Positions 35,275 through 43,536 of a DNA stretch of 64,000 nucleotides are shown one piece after another. Numbering within the stretch: position 1 is the stretch's first letter; every line of letters begins with the position of its first letter. The notes under the pieces were generated by a model. That model did not search any database and was not told the DNA's origin. It saw nothing but the letters and a program-made list of their open reading frames with translations. Position numbers and translations under genes: made by a program. The DNA is from Candidatus Eiseniibacteriota bacterium (GTDB lineage Bacteria; Eisenbacteria; RBG-16-71-46): the NCBI GenBank assembly GCA_963776245.1, contig CAVZLN010000003.1, forward strand, positions 32,001 to 96,000, written 5' to 3'.

Positions 35275-36042
35275 ATGAACCCACTCAGGATGTTCGCTGT
35301 CTGCGCCCTGCTGTCCGCAGCACCCGCCCTCGCCTCACCCAAGGCATCCCCTCCCGCGTGGTCGATGAACGCCACCATCATCGAGGCGTGCTCCTGCCCG
35401 ATGTTCTGCCAGTGCTACTTCACCGACAAGCCCGCGGCCCACATGGACCACGCGGCGATGGAGCACGGGGGAGCGATGGGGCACGACCACGGCGGCGAGG
35501 GTGAGCACTACTGCCGGGCGAACAACGTGTTCCGCGTCAATCACGGCAACTTCGGCGCCACCCGGCTCGACGGCGCGCGGTTCTGGCTGTCGATGGACCT
35601 GGGGGACAACTTCGCGGACGGCACCATGAAGTGGTGCGTCGTGACGTTCGACCCCGCGGTGACCCAGGCCCAGCGCGCCGGGATCTCCGAGATCCTCGGC
35701 CATCTCTACCCGGTGAAGTGGGAGCAGCCCCTGACCGTGGCGAGCGACCTGCCGATCGAGTGGAGCCACACCGGTGACAAGGCCGTGGCGCAGCTCGACG
35801 GCGGCAAGGCCGGTGAGGTGCGCCTGGACGGCGCGGCGGTGAACCACTACGGGACGGCGCCCGCGGTGATCAGCAACCTGCGCTACTGGGGGGCCGATCA
35901 TCACGACGGCTTCGTCCTGATGCCGAACCAGGTCGAGGCCTACCGGCTGGGCCCGAACGCGTTCGAGTTCAAGGGCACCAACGGCTTCATGATCACGGTG
36001 GACGTCGACGCCAACCACTCGAAGGCCGCGACCAAGTCCTGA
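35275..36042 (+). CDS. Exported DUF1326-like Cys/His metal-binding protein
   Basis: Signal peptide; EACSCPMFCQC motif; His/Met-rich insert; GGAGG RBS. Confidence 0.75.
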   Translation: MNPLRMFAVCALLSAAPALASPKASPPAWSMNATIIEACSCPMFCQCYFTDKPAAHMDHAAMEHGGAMGHDHGGEGEHYCRANNVFRVNHGNFGATRLDGARFWLSMDLGDNFADGTMKWCVVTFDPAVTQAQRAGISEILGHLYPVKWEQPLTVASDLPIEWSHTGDKAVAQLDGGKAGEVRLDGAAVNHYGTAPAVISNLRYWGADHHDGFVLMPNQVEAYRLGPNAFEFKGTNGFMITVDVDANHSKAATKS

Positions 36043-36162
36043 TCGTCCGAGGCGCGGCGCGCGGCCAGCCCAAGGCCGGCCGCGCGCCGCGCGCCTGCGG
36101 CGATGCCCGGCACGCTCGCGCGTCCCTTGACACTCCTCCGCCCACCCGCCACCGTGCCGCGC

Positions 36163-36636
36163 GTGGCATTCATCCTCGATCTCATCCGGCACGGCGAGGC
36201 CGAGCCCACGGCACCGGGCGGCGACGCGCAGCGTGCTCTCACGGCGCACGGTCGCGCGGATGTGCGCACGCTGGCCGAGATGCTGGCCGCCGGGGCCTGG
36301 AGGCCCGACCTGCTGTTCGCGAGCCCTTACGTGCGCGCCCAGCAGACCGCGGCCATCCTCGCGCGTCACGGCGCGCCCGATCTCGAGGTCGAGACGCTTC
36401 CCGGCCTCGGCCCCGACGGAGAACCGGGCGAGGTGATCCTCGAGCTGCTGGCGCGCCGGCCCGCCCTCGGTCACGTGGTGCTGGTCGGCCACATGCCGAT
36501 GCTCGGCCTCATGACCGGTGACTTCGCCGACGAGCCCCGCGCCTTCGCGACCGCGCAGCTCTGCCGGATGGAATTCGCGGCCGAGCCCGCTCCGGGCGAG
36601 GGCACCGTCACTCTCACGCTGCGCCCGCCGGCCTGA
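36163..36636 (+). CDS. sixA: SixA-type phosphohistidine phosphatase
   Basis: LIRHGEAE, RALT..G, ASPYVRAQQTA, LVGHMP. Confidence 0.85.
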   Translation: MAFILDLIRHGEAEPTAPGGDAQRALTAHGRADVRTLAEMLAAGAWRPDLLFASPYVRAQQTAAILARHGAPDLEVETLPGLGPDGEPGEVILELLARRPALGHVVLVGHMPMLGLMTGDFADEPRAFATAQLCRMEFAAEPAPGEGTVTLTLRPPA

Positions 36637-36676
36637 CCGGTCGCATCCTTCTTCCACCCTGAACCAGGAGCATGAG

Positions 36677-37390
36677 ATGGGAATCCTCGATGGCAAGGTG
36701 GCGGTGGTCACCGGCGGCAACCGCGGCATCGGCCGCGGCATCGCCGAGTCGCTCGCGGACGAGGGCGCGCGCGTGTTCCTCACCGCGCGCTCGCCCGACG
36801 ACGCGCAGCAGGCGGCCGCCAGCATCGGCCATGGCGCGGTCGGGCTGGCGTGCGACGTGCGCGTGCAGGAGCTGGTGCACCGCGTGTTCCGCGAGGTCGA
36901 GCGCGCGGCGGGCGGCGTGGACGTGCTGGTGAACAACGCCGGCATCGGCCTGTTCGGGCCGGTGGCCGAGATGGATCCCGACGACTGGCGCGCGGTGATC
37001 GAGACCAATCTCAACGGCGTGTTCTTCTGCTGCCGCGAGGCCATCCCGCAGATGCGCAAGCGCGGCGGCGGGTACATCTTCAACATCTCGTCGCTGGCCG
37101 GGAAGAACGCGTTCCCCAATGGCGCCGCGTACAACGCGAGCAAGTTCGGGCTCAACGGGTTCAGTGAGGCGTTGATGCAGGAGGTGCGCTACGACGGCAT
37201 CCGGGTCTCGTACCTGATGCCGGGCAGCGTGGCGACCGAGTTCGGGAGCGGCCGCGCCGAGAAGTCCGACTGGGCGCTCATGCCGGCCGACGTGGCGGCG
37301 GTGGTGCTCGACCTGCTGCGCTCGCCCTCGCACGCGCTCTACAGCCGCGTCGAGATGCGCCCGAGCCAGCCGCCGAAGAAGGGCGGCTGA
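36677..37390 (+). CDS. SDR family oxidoreductase
   Basis: TGGNRGIG, NNAG, YNASK. Confidence 0.95.
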   Translation: MGILDGKVAVVTGGNRGIGRGIAESLADEGARVFLTARSPDDAQQAAASIGHGAVGLACDVRVQELVHRVFREVERAAGGVDVLVNNAGIGLFGPVAEMDPDDWRAVIETNLNGVFFCCREAIPQMRKRGGGYIFNISSLAGKNAFPNGAAYNASKFGLNGFSEALMQEVRYDGIRVSYLMPGSVATEFGSGRAEKSDWALMPADVAAVVLDLLRSPSHALYSRVEMRPSQPPKKGG

Positions 37391-37418
37391 GGAACATCGA
37401 TGGTCGCTCGTGCGAAGG

Positions 37419-37492
37419 GCGCGGGATGAGGGCAGACCTTCCGGGGTGCTAATACCCACACGCACCCCTCCAGGCCTGCCCTCATCCCGCGC
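37419..37492. repeat. Structured intergenic hairpin element, copy 2
   Basis: Perfect 17-bp outer inverted repeat (sequence differs from copy 1) enclosing GGGGTGC-TAATACCCACAC-GCACCCC. Confidence 0.85.
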
Positions 37493-37508
37493 TGCGCCTG
37501 AATGCTCT

Positions 37509-38537
37509 CTACTCCGCCTTGCTGCTCTCCCCCGCGCGGACGGTGCCGGCCAGCACGTCGGCGTGGAAGGAGGAGCGCACCAGCGGCCCGCTCGCGACAT
37601 GGCCGACCCCACGCGCCTCGGCCTCGGTCGCGTACCACGCGAACGTCTCCGGCGGCACGTACTCCACCACCGGCAGGTGATCGGCCGAGGGGCGCAGGTA
37701 CTGGCCGATGGTGAGCAGGTCGCAGCCGTGCGCCGCGAGATCGTCGAACGCGCGCAGCATCTCGTCCCGGGTCTCGCCCAGCCCCACCATCAGGCCCGAC
37801 TTCGCCTTGATGCCGCGGCCGCTGTCCCGCACGCGCGCCAGCACCTCGAGCGAGCGGTCGTAGCGCGCGCTCGGACGCACCAGCGGGTGGAGCCGCTCGA
37901 CGGTCTCGAGGTTGTGATTGATGACCTCGGGCGCCGCGTCGATCACGCGCTGCAGGTCGTCCGCGCGGCCGCGGAAGTCGGGGATCAGCACCTCGATCAC
38001 CGTGCCCGACCGCCCGCGGATGGCGCGGATGGTCTCCGCGAACACGATGCTCCCGCCGTCGGCGAGATCGTCGCGCGCCACCGAGGTGATCACGGTGTGG
38101 CGCAGGTTCATCGCCGCGACCGCCTCGGCGACCCGGCGCGGCTCGTCGCGGTCCACGTGACCGTTCGGCTTCCCCGGCGCCACCGCGCAGAAGCCGCAGC
38201 GGCGCGTGCACAGTTCCCCGAGGATCATGATGGTGGCCGTGCCGCGCTCCCAGCAATGGCCGAGGTTGGGGCAGCGCGCCTCCTCGCACACCGTGACCAG
38301 CCGCTGGTCGCGCAGCATGCTGCGGGTCGCGGCGTACTCGCCGTGCCCGGGCAGCTTCACCTTGAGCCAGGCCGGCAGCCGGCGGAATTCCCCCGCGGGA
38401 ACGGCACCGGCGCCCGAGGCGCATCCGCGCGTGCGTGGGGTGCGCGGCAGGCGCACCGGCACCGCCGCGCGCGGCGCACCCAGCACCTTCAGTTCGGCCG
38501 CGGGCTCGGCGCCGTCGTTGCGCTCCTCGTCGCTCAT
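37509..38537 (-). CDS. lipA: Lipoyl synthase
   Basis: CEEARCPNLGHC, CTRRCGFC, RSSFHA. Confidence 0.97.
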   Translation of the reverse strand: MSDEERNDGAEPAAELKVLGAPRAAVPVRLPRTPRTRGCASGAGAVPAGEFRRLPAWLKVKLPGHGEYAATRSMLRDQRLVTVCEEARCPNLGHCWERGTATIMILGELCTRRCGFCAVAPGKPNGHVDRDEPRRVAEAVAAMNLRHTVITSVARDDLADGGSIVFAETIRAIRGRSGTVIEVLIPDFRGRADDLQRVIDAAPEVINHNLETVERLHPLVRPSARYDRSLEVLARVRDSGRGIKAKSGLMVGLGETRDEMLRAFDDLAAHGCDLLTIGQYLRPSADHLPVVEYVPPETFAWYATEAEARGVGHVASGPLVRSSFHADVLAGTVRAGESSKAE

Positions 38538-38538
38538 C

Positions 38539-39690
38539 TCAGTCCCTCGCCATGGCGTGGCGGTCGACCTCGCCGGTGCCCTTGAGCGCCAGCATGCGCT
38601 CGAGCGCCACGCGCGCGTCCTGCCGCACCGACTCGGGGACCCGGATGGGATTCACGACGTGGCCCTCCGCGAGGTTCTCGAGCGTCCACAGCAGGTGCGC
38701 CGGGTCGATCCGGTTCATGGTGGCGCACGGGCACACGTTCTTCTGGAGCGAGTGGACGTGCTGGTCGGGATGTTCGAGCGCGAGGCGATGGACCAGGTTG
38801 ATCTCGGTGCCGATGGCCCAGTGGGTGCCCGCCGGCGCCTGCGCGACCTGCTGGATGATGAATTCGGTCGAGCCCACGAGGTCGGCGTTCCGCACCACGT
38901 CGAACACGCACTCGGGATGCACCAGCACCTTCACCGCCGGGTCCGCCGCGCGGATCTCGTCGATCTGCGTCCGGGTGAACCGGGTGTGCACCGAGCAGAA
39001 GCCGCGCCACAGGATGAGGCGCGTCTCGGGGGCCAGCACGCGCGCGTCGGCCCGCTCCGGATCCGTGGCTCGCCAGTCCCACTCCGCCATGTGCTCGAGC
39101 GGCACACCCATCGCGAACGCGGTGTTGCGGCCGAGATGCTGGTCGGGGAAGAAGAACACGCGCTGCCGGCGCGCCCACGCCCAGTCGAGCACCGCGCGGG
39201 CGTTGGACGACGTGCACACCACACCGCCGCGGGCGCCGCAGAACGCCTTGAGCGCAGCGGTGGAATTCATGTAGGTCACCGGCACGACGGTGTCGCCGTG
39301 GGCGGCCGTGAGCCGCTCCCACGCGTCCTCGACGTCGCCGATGGCGGCCATGTCGGCCATCGAGCAGCCGGCCTTGAGGTCGGGAAGCAGCACGGTCTGG
39401 TGGGGCTGGCGCAGCACCTCGGCGGACTCCGCCATGAAGTGCACGCCGCAGAACACGATGTACTCCGCCGCGCCGCGCTGCGCGGCCGCCTGCGCGAGCT
39501 TGAAGGAGTCGCCGCGGAAATCGGCGAACTCGATGACGCTCTCGCGCTGGTAGTGATGGCCGAGGACCACCGCGCGCGCGCCGAGGGCCCGCCGGGCCTC
39601 CCGGGTGCGCGCGCGGATCTCGTCGGCGGCGAGTGCCGCATAGTCCGCGAAGGGCCTTGCAGCGGGCGTGCGCGGAGCAGCGGTGGTCAT
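38539..39690 (-). CDS. nadA: Quinolinate synthase
   Basis: GHHYQ, FCGVHFMAE, AGCSMA, YMNS, VHPEC, CPCATM. Confidence 0.96.
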   Translation of the reverse strand: MTTAAPRTPAARPFADYAALAADEIRARTREARRALGARAVVLGHHYQRESVIEFADFRGDSFKLAQAAAQRGAAEYIVFCGVHFMAESAEVLRQPHQTVLLPDLKAGCSMADMAAIGDVEDAWERLTAAHGDTVVPVTYMNSTAALKAFCGARGGVVCTSSNARAVLDWAWARRQRVFFFPDQHLGRNTAFAMGVPLEHMAEWDWRATDPERADARVLAPETRLILWRGFCSVHTRFTRTQIDEIRAADPAVKVLVHPECVFDVVRNADLVGSTEFIIQQVAQAPAGTHWAIGTEINLVHRLALEHPDQHVHSLQKNVCPCATMNRIDPAHLLWTLENLAEGHVVNPIRVPESVRQDARVALERMLALKGTGEVDRHAMARD

Positions 39691-39708
39691 CGCGCCCTCC
39701 TCCCCCGC

Positions 39709-40155
39709 CTACTCGAGCCCGGAGGGCTCGATGCGCTGGCGACCCGCGAACCCGCCCTCGAGCGTGTGCCAGTGCGACACCGCGGGCTCGCCCAGCACCC
39801 AGCACAGCAACACCAGTTGGTCGCCCTTCAGGGCGTAGAAGTCGAGCAGCCCGCGGCCGACATCCTTGACCAGCACGCCCTGACGGTGGATCCGCGCCAC
39901 GCCCTCGCCGATGCGCGCCGCCAGCGGACGGCGGCGCTCGGCCATCCCGGCCAGCTCGGCGGCGTCCGGGTTCCCGGCCGACGCCCCGGCCAGCGCCATG
40001 CGCAGCGCCTCGATACTGGTGTCGAGCCGGTCGAGGTCCCGCTTGGCCTCGGCCAGCGACTTCACCAGCGGTGTCAGCTCGTGCGCGAGCTGGGTGGCCT
40101 GCTCGACGGTGAACAGCGTGATGCGCAGGCCCCCGGTGCGAGGATCAGTGGCCAC
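39709..40155 (-). CDS. DUF2203 family protein
   Basis: FTVEQA..L, coiled coil, GVLVKD..RGLLDF, LCW..GE..V.HWH..EGGFAGRQ. Start uncertain. Confidence 0.85.
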   Translation of the reverse strand: MATDPRTGGLRITLFTVEQATQLAHELTPLVKSLAEAKRDLDRLDTSIEALRMALAGASAGNPDAAELAGMAERRRPLAARIGEGVARIHRQGVLVKDVGRGLLDFYALKGDQLVLLCWVLGEPAVSHWHTLEGGFAGRQRIEPSGLE

Positions 40156-40540
40156 CGCAGCCGCACCCCCCGCCGGACCCGCAGCCGCCGGCGGACTCGG
40201 CCGCCGGCGCCTCACCCTCGGCCGACTTGCCACAGCCGCACGACTTCGCGTTCGGGTTCGAGATCGTGAACCCCTGGGCCTGGACGGTCTCGACGTAGTC
40301 GATCTTCACACCCGACAACAGCGCCTGGCTGTCGGCGTCCACCAGCACCTTCACGCCGCCGAACTCGCCTTCCCAGTCGCCGGCCTCGATCCGGTCCGCC
40401 AGCGACATGCCGTACTGGAACCCGGAACAGCCGCCGGGATATACGCTCAGCCGCAGCCCGACCACGTTCGAACCGCTGTCGCGCTGCTGGGAGATGACTT
40501 CCTGGATCTTCCTGGTGGCGGCCTCGCTCACGTCGAGCAT
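40145..40540 (-). CDS. A-type Fe-S carrier (HesB/IscA/ErpA) with Cys-rich tail
   Basis: GGCSGFQY, NPNAKSCGCGKS, plus extra GGCGSGGGCGCGGH. Confidence 0.93.
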   Translation of the reverse strand: MLDVSEAATRKIQEVISQQRDSGSNVVGLRLSVYPGGCSGFQYGMSLADRIEAGDWEGEFGGVKVLVDADSQALLSGVKIDYVETVQAQGFTISNPNAKSCGCGKSAEGEAPAAESAGGCGSGGGCGCGGH

Positions 40541-40556
40541 GGGGTCTCCTTGAGGG

Positions 40557-41300
40557 TCAGCGGGCCAGGCCCGCGGGGTGGTCCCTGGGGTCGGGTTCGC
40601 GGCCGGCCGCGGGGTCGAGCCCCGCCACCTGCCACGCCCGTTCCGCCGGAACCCACTCGGGCTCCGGATGTTCCAGCACTGCGGCCAGCTCCCGTGCGGC
40701 GGCGAGGCGGACCTCGGCCAGCGACGGGGCGTCAGCGCCCAGCCGCCGGGCCATGGATGTCATATGGATGCCGCGAAGTCCGCAGGGATGGATGAGTTCG
40801 AACCCCCCCAGGTCCGGCGCGACATTCAAAGCGAACCCATGATAGCCGACCCAGCGCCGCACCGCGACGCCGATGGACGCGATCTTCTCGCCCTCGACCC
40901 ATACCCCAGTGCGGCCCGGGATCCGCTCCCCGGCCAGTCCCCAGCGCGCGAGCACCCGCAGGAGCGCCGATTCGAGGTCCCGCAGGTAGCGGTGCAGGTC
41001 GCGGCCGCGGCGCTCGAGACTCGCGATGGGATAGCCCACCAGTTGCCCCGGGCCGTGCCACGTGATGTCCCCGCCGCGCGCGACCTCGAACACCTCGACC
41101 CCCCGCTCGGCCAGCATCGCGCGGTCGGCGAGCAGGCTGCCCGGGCTCGGGTTCCGCCCCACGGTGAGCACCGCGGGGTGGTCCGGGAACAGCACCCAGT
41201 CCCCGGTGCGCTCCTCGGCGCGCGCGCGCGCCAGCGCCTCCTGCAGCGCGAGGCCCTGGCGGTAGCCGGTGGGGCCGAGATGCGTGGCGGTGAGCGTCAC
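40557..41300 (-). CDS. lipB: Lipoyl(octanoyl) transferase
   Basis: RGGDITWHGPGQLVGY, KIASIG, HGFALN, IHPCG. Confidence 0.95.
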   Translation of the reverse strand: MTLTATHLGPTGYRQGLALQEALARARAEERTGDWVLFPDHPAVLTVGRNPSPGSLLADRAMLAERGVEVFEVARGGDITWHGPGQLVGYPIASLERRGRDLHRYLRDLESALLRVLARWGLAGERIPGRTGVWVEGEKIASIGVAVRRWVGYHGFALNVAPDLGGFELIHPCGLRGIHMTSMARRLGADAPSLAEVRLAAARELAAVLEHPEPEWVPAERAWQVAGLDPAAGREPDPRDHPAGLAR

Positions 41301-41391
41301 CCCTCGCCCGCTTCCCGGACCCCGGCCCGCGGGCGGCGCGGGCTCGCGGACGGGCCCCGCCGGCGTTCCCCGATCCGGGCGCTTCGCGTGC

Positions 41392-42726
41392 TCACACGTA
41401 GAACCACAGCGACTCGGGCTTCTCGAGCAGCTCGCACACCCGGCGCAGGAACTTGACGGCCAGTTCGCCGTCGATCACGCGGTGGTCGAACCCGAGACTC
41501 GCGTTCATCATCCAGCGCGCCACGATCCGGCCGTCGCGGACCACCGCGCGCTCGGCGATCTTGTGCACCCCGAGGATGGCGACCTCGGGCACGTTGATGA
41601 TGGGCGACGAGTTGACGGCGCCGAACACGCCGGCGTTGGTGATGCTGAAGGTGCCGCCCGCGATCTCGTCGGGCTTGAGGCGGTCGGCGCGCGCGCGCGC
41701 CGCGATGTCGTTCACCTCGGTCGCGATCTGCACCAGGTTCTTGCGGTCGCAGTCCTTGACGTTGGGGACGATTAGCCCCTTCTCGTCGCGGCCCACCGCC
41801 AGCCCGATGTTGTAGTACCGCTTGAGCACGATCGCGTCGCCGCGCACCTCGCCGTTCACCCACGGGAACTCCTGGAGCGCGAACGCGACGGCCTTGACGA
41901 AGAACGGCATGTAGGTGAGGCGCACGCCCTGCGCCTCGAGCCGCGGTCCCCATTCCTGCTTGAGCCGCACCAGGGCGCTCATGTCGGCCTCGTCGAAGCA
42001 ATGGGTGTGGGCCGCGGTGTGCTTGGCCTTGATCATGTTCTCGGCGATGAGCTTGCGCACCTTGGTGAAGGGCACGATCTCCTCGCGCGGGCCGCCCGCG
42101 GCGGGGGCGGTCCCGGCGCTCATGAACGCGGGCAGCGGCGCGGCGGCGGCCTGCCGGGCGCCCGGCGCGGCCGCCGGCGCGGCTCCGCGGCGCTCGAGGT
42201 AGGCGATCAGGTCGTCACGCGTCACGCGCCCCGCGAGGCCGCTCCCGATGATGGCGGCGACCTCCCCCGGGCTCACGTTGCGCTCGCGCATCAGGCGGCG
42301 CACCGCGGGCGAGAGATTGCGCGGATCCTCCGCCTCGCCCCCATTCGCCGCGGCGTGCTCGGGGGCCGCGGCGACCGCGACCGGCGCGGCCGGAGCGGCC
42401 GGGGCCCCGCGCGCGGGAGTCGCGGCGGACGCCGACGCCACGGACGCCACCGCCGCGGGCGCCACCGCCGCCACCGCGGCGGCCACCCCGCCGCCCGAGA
42501 GCCGGCCGATCTCGGTGCCGACCAGCACCGTGGTCCCTTCGGCCACCACGATGGCCTCGAGCACGCCCTCGGCCGGCGAGGGGATCTCGACGTTGATCTT
42601 GTCGGTCTGGATCTCGACCAGGGGCTCTTCCTTGCGCACCCGGTCACCGACCTGCTTGAGCCATTTCGAGACCGTTCCTTCCGCGACGCTCTCGCCGAGC
42701 TGCGGGACCACGATCGAGATGGGCAT
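41392..42726 (-). CDS. 2-oxo acid dehydrogenase E2 (dihydrolipoamide acyltransferase)
   Basis: One lipoyl domain (QTDKINVE), E3-binding domain (SPAVRRL..GRVTRDD), catalytic DHRVIDG. Confidence 0.95.
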   Translation of the reverse strand: MPISIVVPQLGESVAEGTVSKWLKQVGDRVRKEEPLVEIQTDKINVEIPSPAEGVLEAIVVAEGTTVLVGTEIGRLSGGGVAAAVAAVAPAAVASVASASAATPARGAPAAPAAPVAVAAAPEHAAANGGEAEDPRNLSPAVRRLMRERNVSPGEVAAIIGSGLAGRVTRDDLIAYLERRGAAPAAAPGARQAAAAPLPAFMSAGTAPAAGGPREEIVPFTKVRKLIAENMIKAKHTAAHTHCFDEADMSALVRLKQEWGPRLEAQGVRLTYMPFFVKAVAFALQEFPWVNGEVRGDAIVLKRYYNIGLAVGRDEKGLIVPNVKDCDRKNLVQIATEVNDIAARARADRLKPDEIAGGTFSITNAGVFGAVNSSPIINVPEVAILGVHKIAERAVVRDGRIVARWMMNASLGFDHRVIDGELAVKFLRRVCELLEKPESLWFYV

Positions 42727-42839
42727 GGGGTTCCTCCGTGAAGGCCCGCGCTGCGGGCGAAAGGACTACGCGGCTCGAGGCGCGAAGGGCGCGGACGTGC
42801 GGGCGCGCGCCGCGTGGACGGGAGCGGGATCGGGGCGCA

Positions 42840-43352
42840 TCAGGTCGTCCGGGGTCCGCCGTCCGCGCGCTGGCGCTGCGCGAGGCGGTGGCGGCGGCGT
42901 TCCAGCGCGCGCTCGTGCTCGGCGCGCTCCTCGTCGGTCTCGAGGAGCAGGGCGGGCACCGCGGTCGGGCGCCGGGTGGCCGGATCGAGCGCGACGAAGG
43001 TCAGGTACGCGGTGGACGTGTGTCGGCGCTCGCCGGTGAGCAGGTTCTCGGCCTCCACCTCGACCCGGATCTCCATGCTGCTCCTGTCCGCCAGCGTGAT
43101 GCGGGCGTGGATGTTGGCCAGTTCTCCGACCAGGATGGGGGCGGTGAACGCCATCTCGTCGATGGCGGCGGTGACCACCGGGCGGCGGCTGTGGCGGTTG
43201 GCCACCACCGCGGCGGCGAGGTCGATCCAATGCAGCACCGTGCCGCCCAGCACGGTGCCGTGCACGTTGGCCTCGTGCGGGAGCACCAGTTGGGCCATCT
43301 CGGTGGCGGAGTCGCGGACGCGACGTCCGGCGGTGGGGATCTCCGGGGTCAC
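42840..43352 (-). CDS. Acyl-CoA thioesterase (hotdog fold, YciA-like)
   Basis: ANVHGTVLGG..LHWID, VVTA.ID, SSMEI, YLTFVALD. Confidence 0.92.
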   Translation of the reverse strand: MTPEIPTAGRRVRDSATEMAQLVLPHEANVHGTVLGGTVLHWIDLAAAVVANRHSRRPVVTAAIDEMAFTAPILVGELANIHARITLADRSSMEIRVEVEAENLLTGERRHTSTAYLTFVALDPATRRPTAVPALLLETDEERAEHERALERRRHRLAQRQRADGGPRTT

Positions 43353-43486
43353 GAGCGTTCGGATGCCTCCCGGTGCCCGAAGGCGTGGGGGAAACCTGGT
43401 TGGGGCCTGTCGAAGGAGCGGAGTATAGGGGCCGCTCCGGGAGCGGCGCAATCGCGGGCCGCGCGGTGGGACGGGACCACACGCCA

Positions 43487-43518
43487 ACGGCCGGGCCCCC
43501 CGAGGGGAGCCCGGCCGT
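43487..43518 (-). terminator. Hairpin downstream of the OB-fold/CTD gene
   Basis: Stem ACGGCCGGGC/GCCCGGCCGT about 20 nt after the stop at 43537. Confidence 0.6.
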
Positions 43519-43536
43519 GGCGATCGCTGGCTGCGC

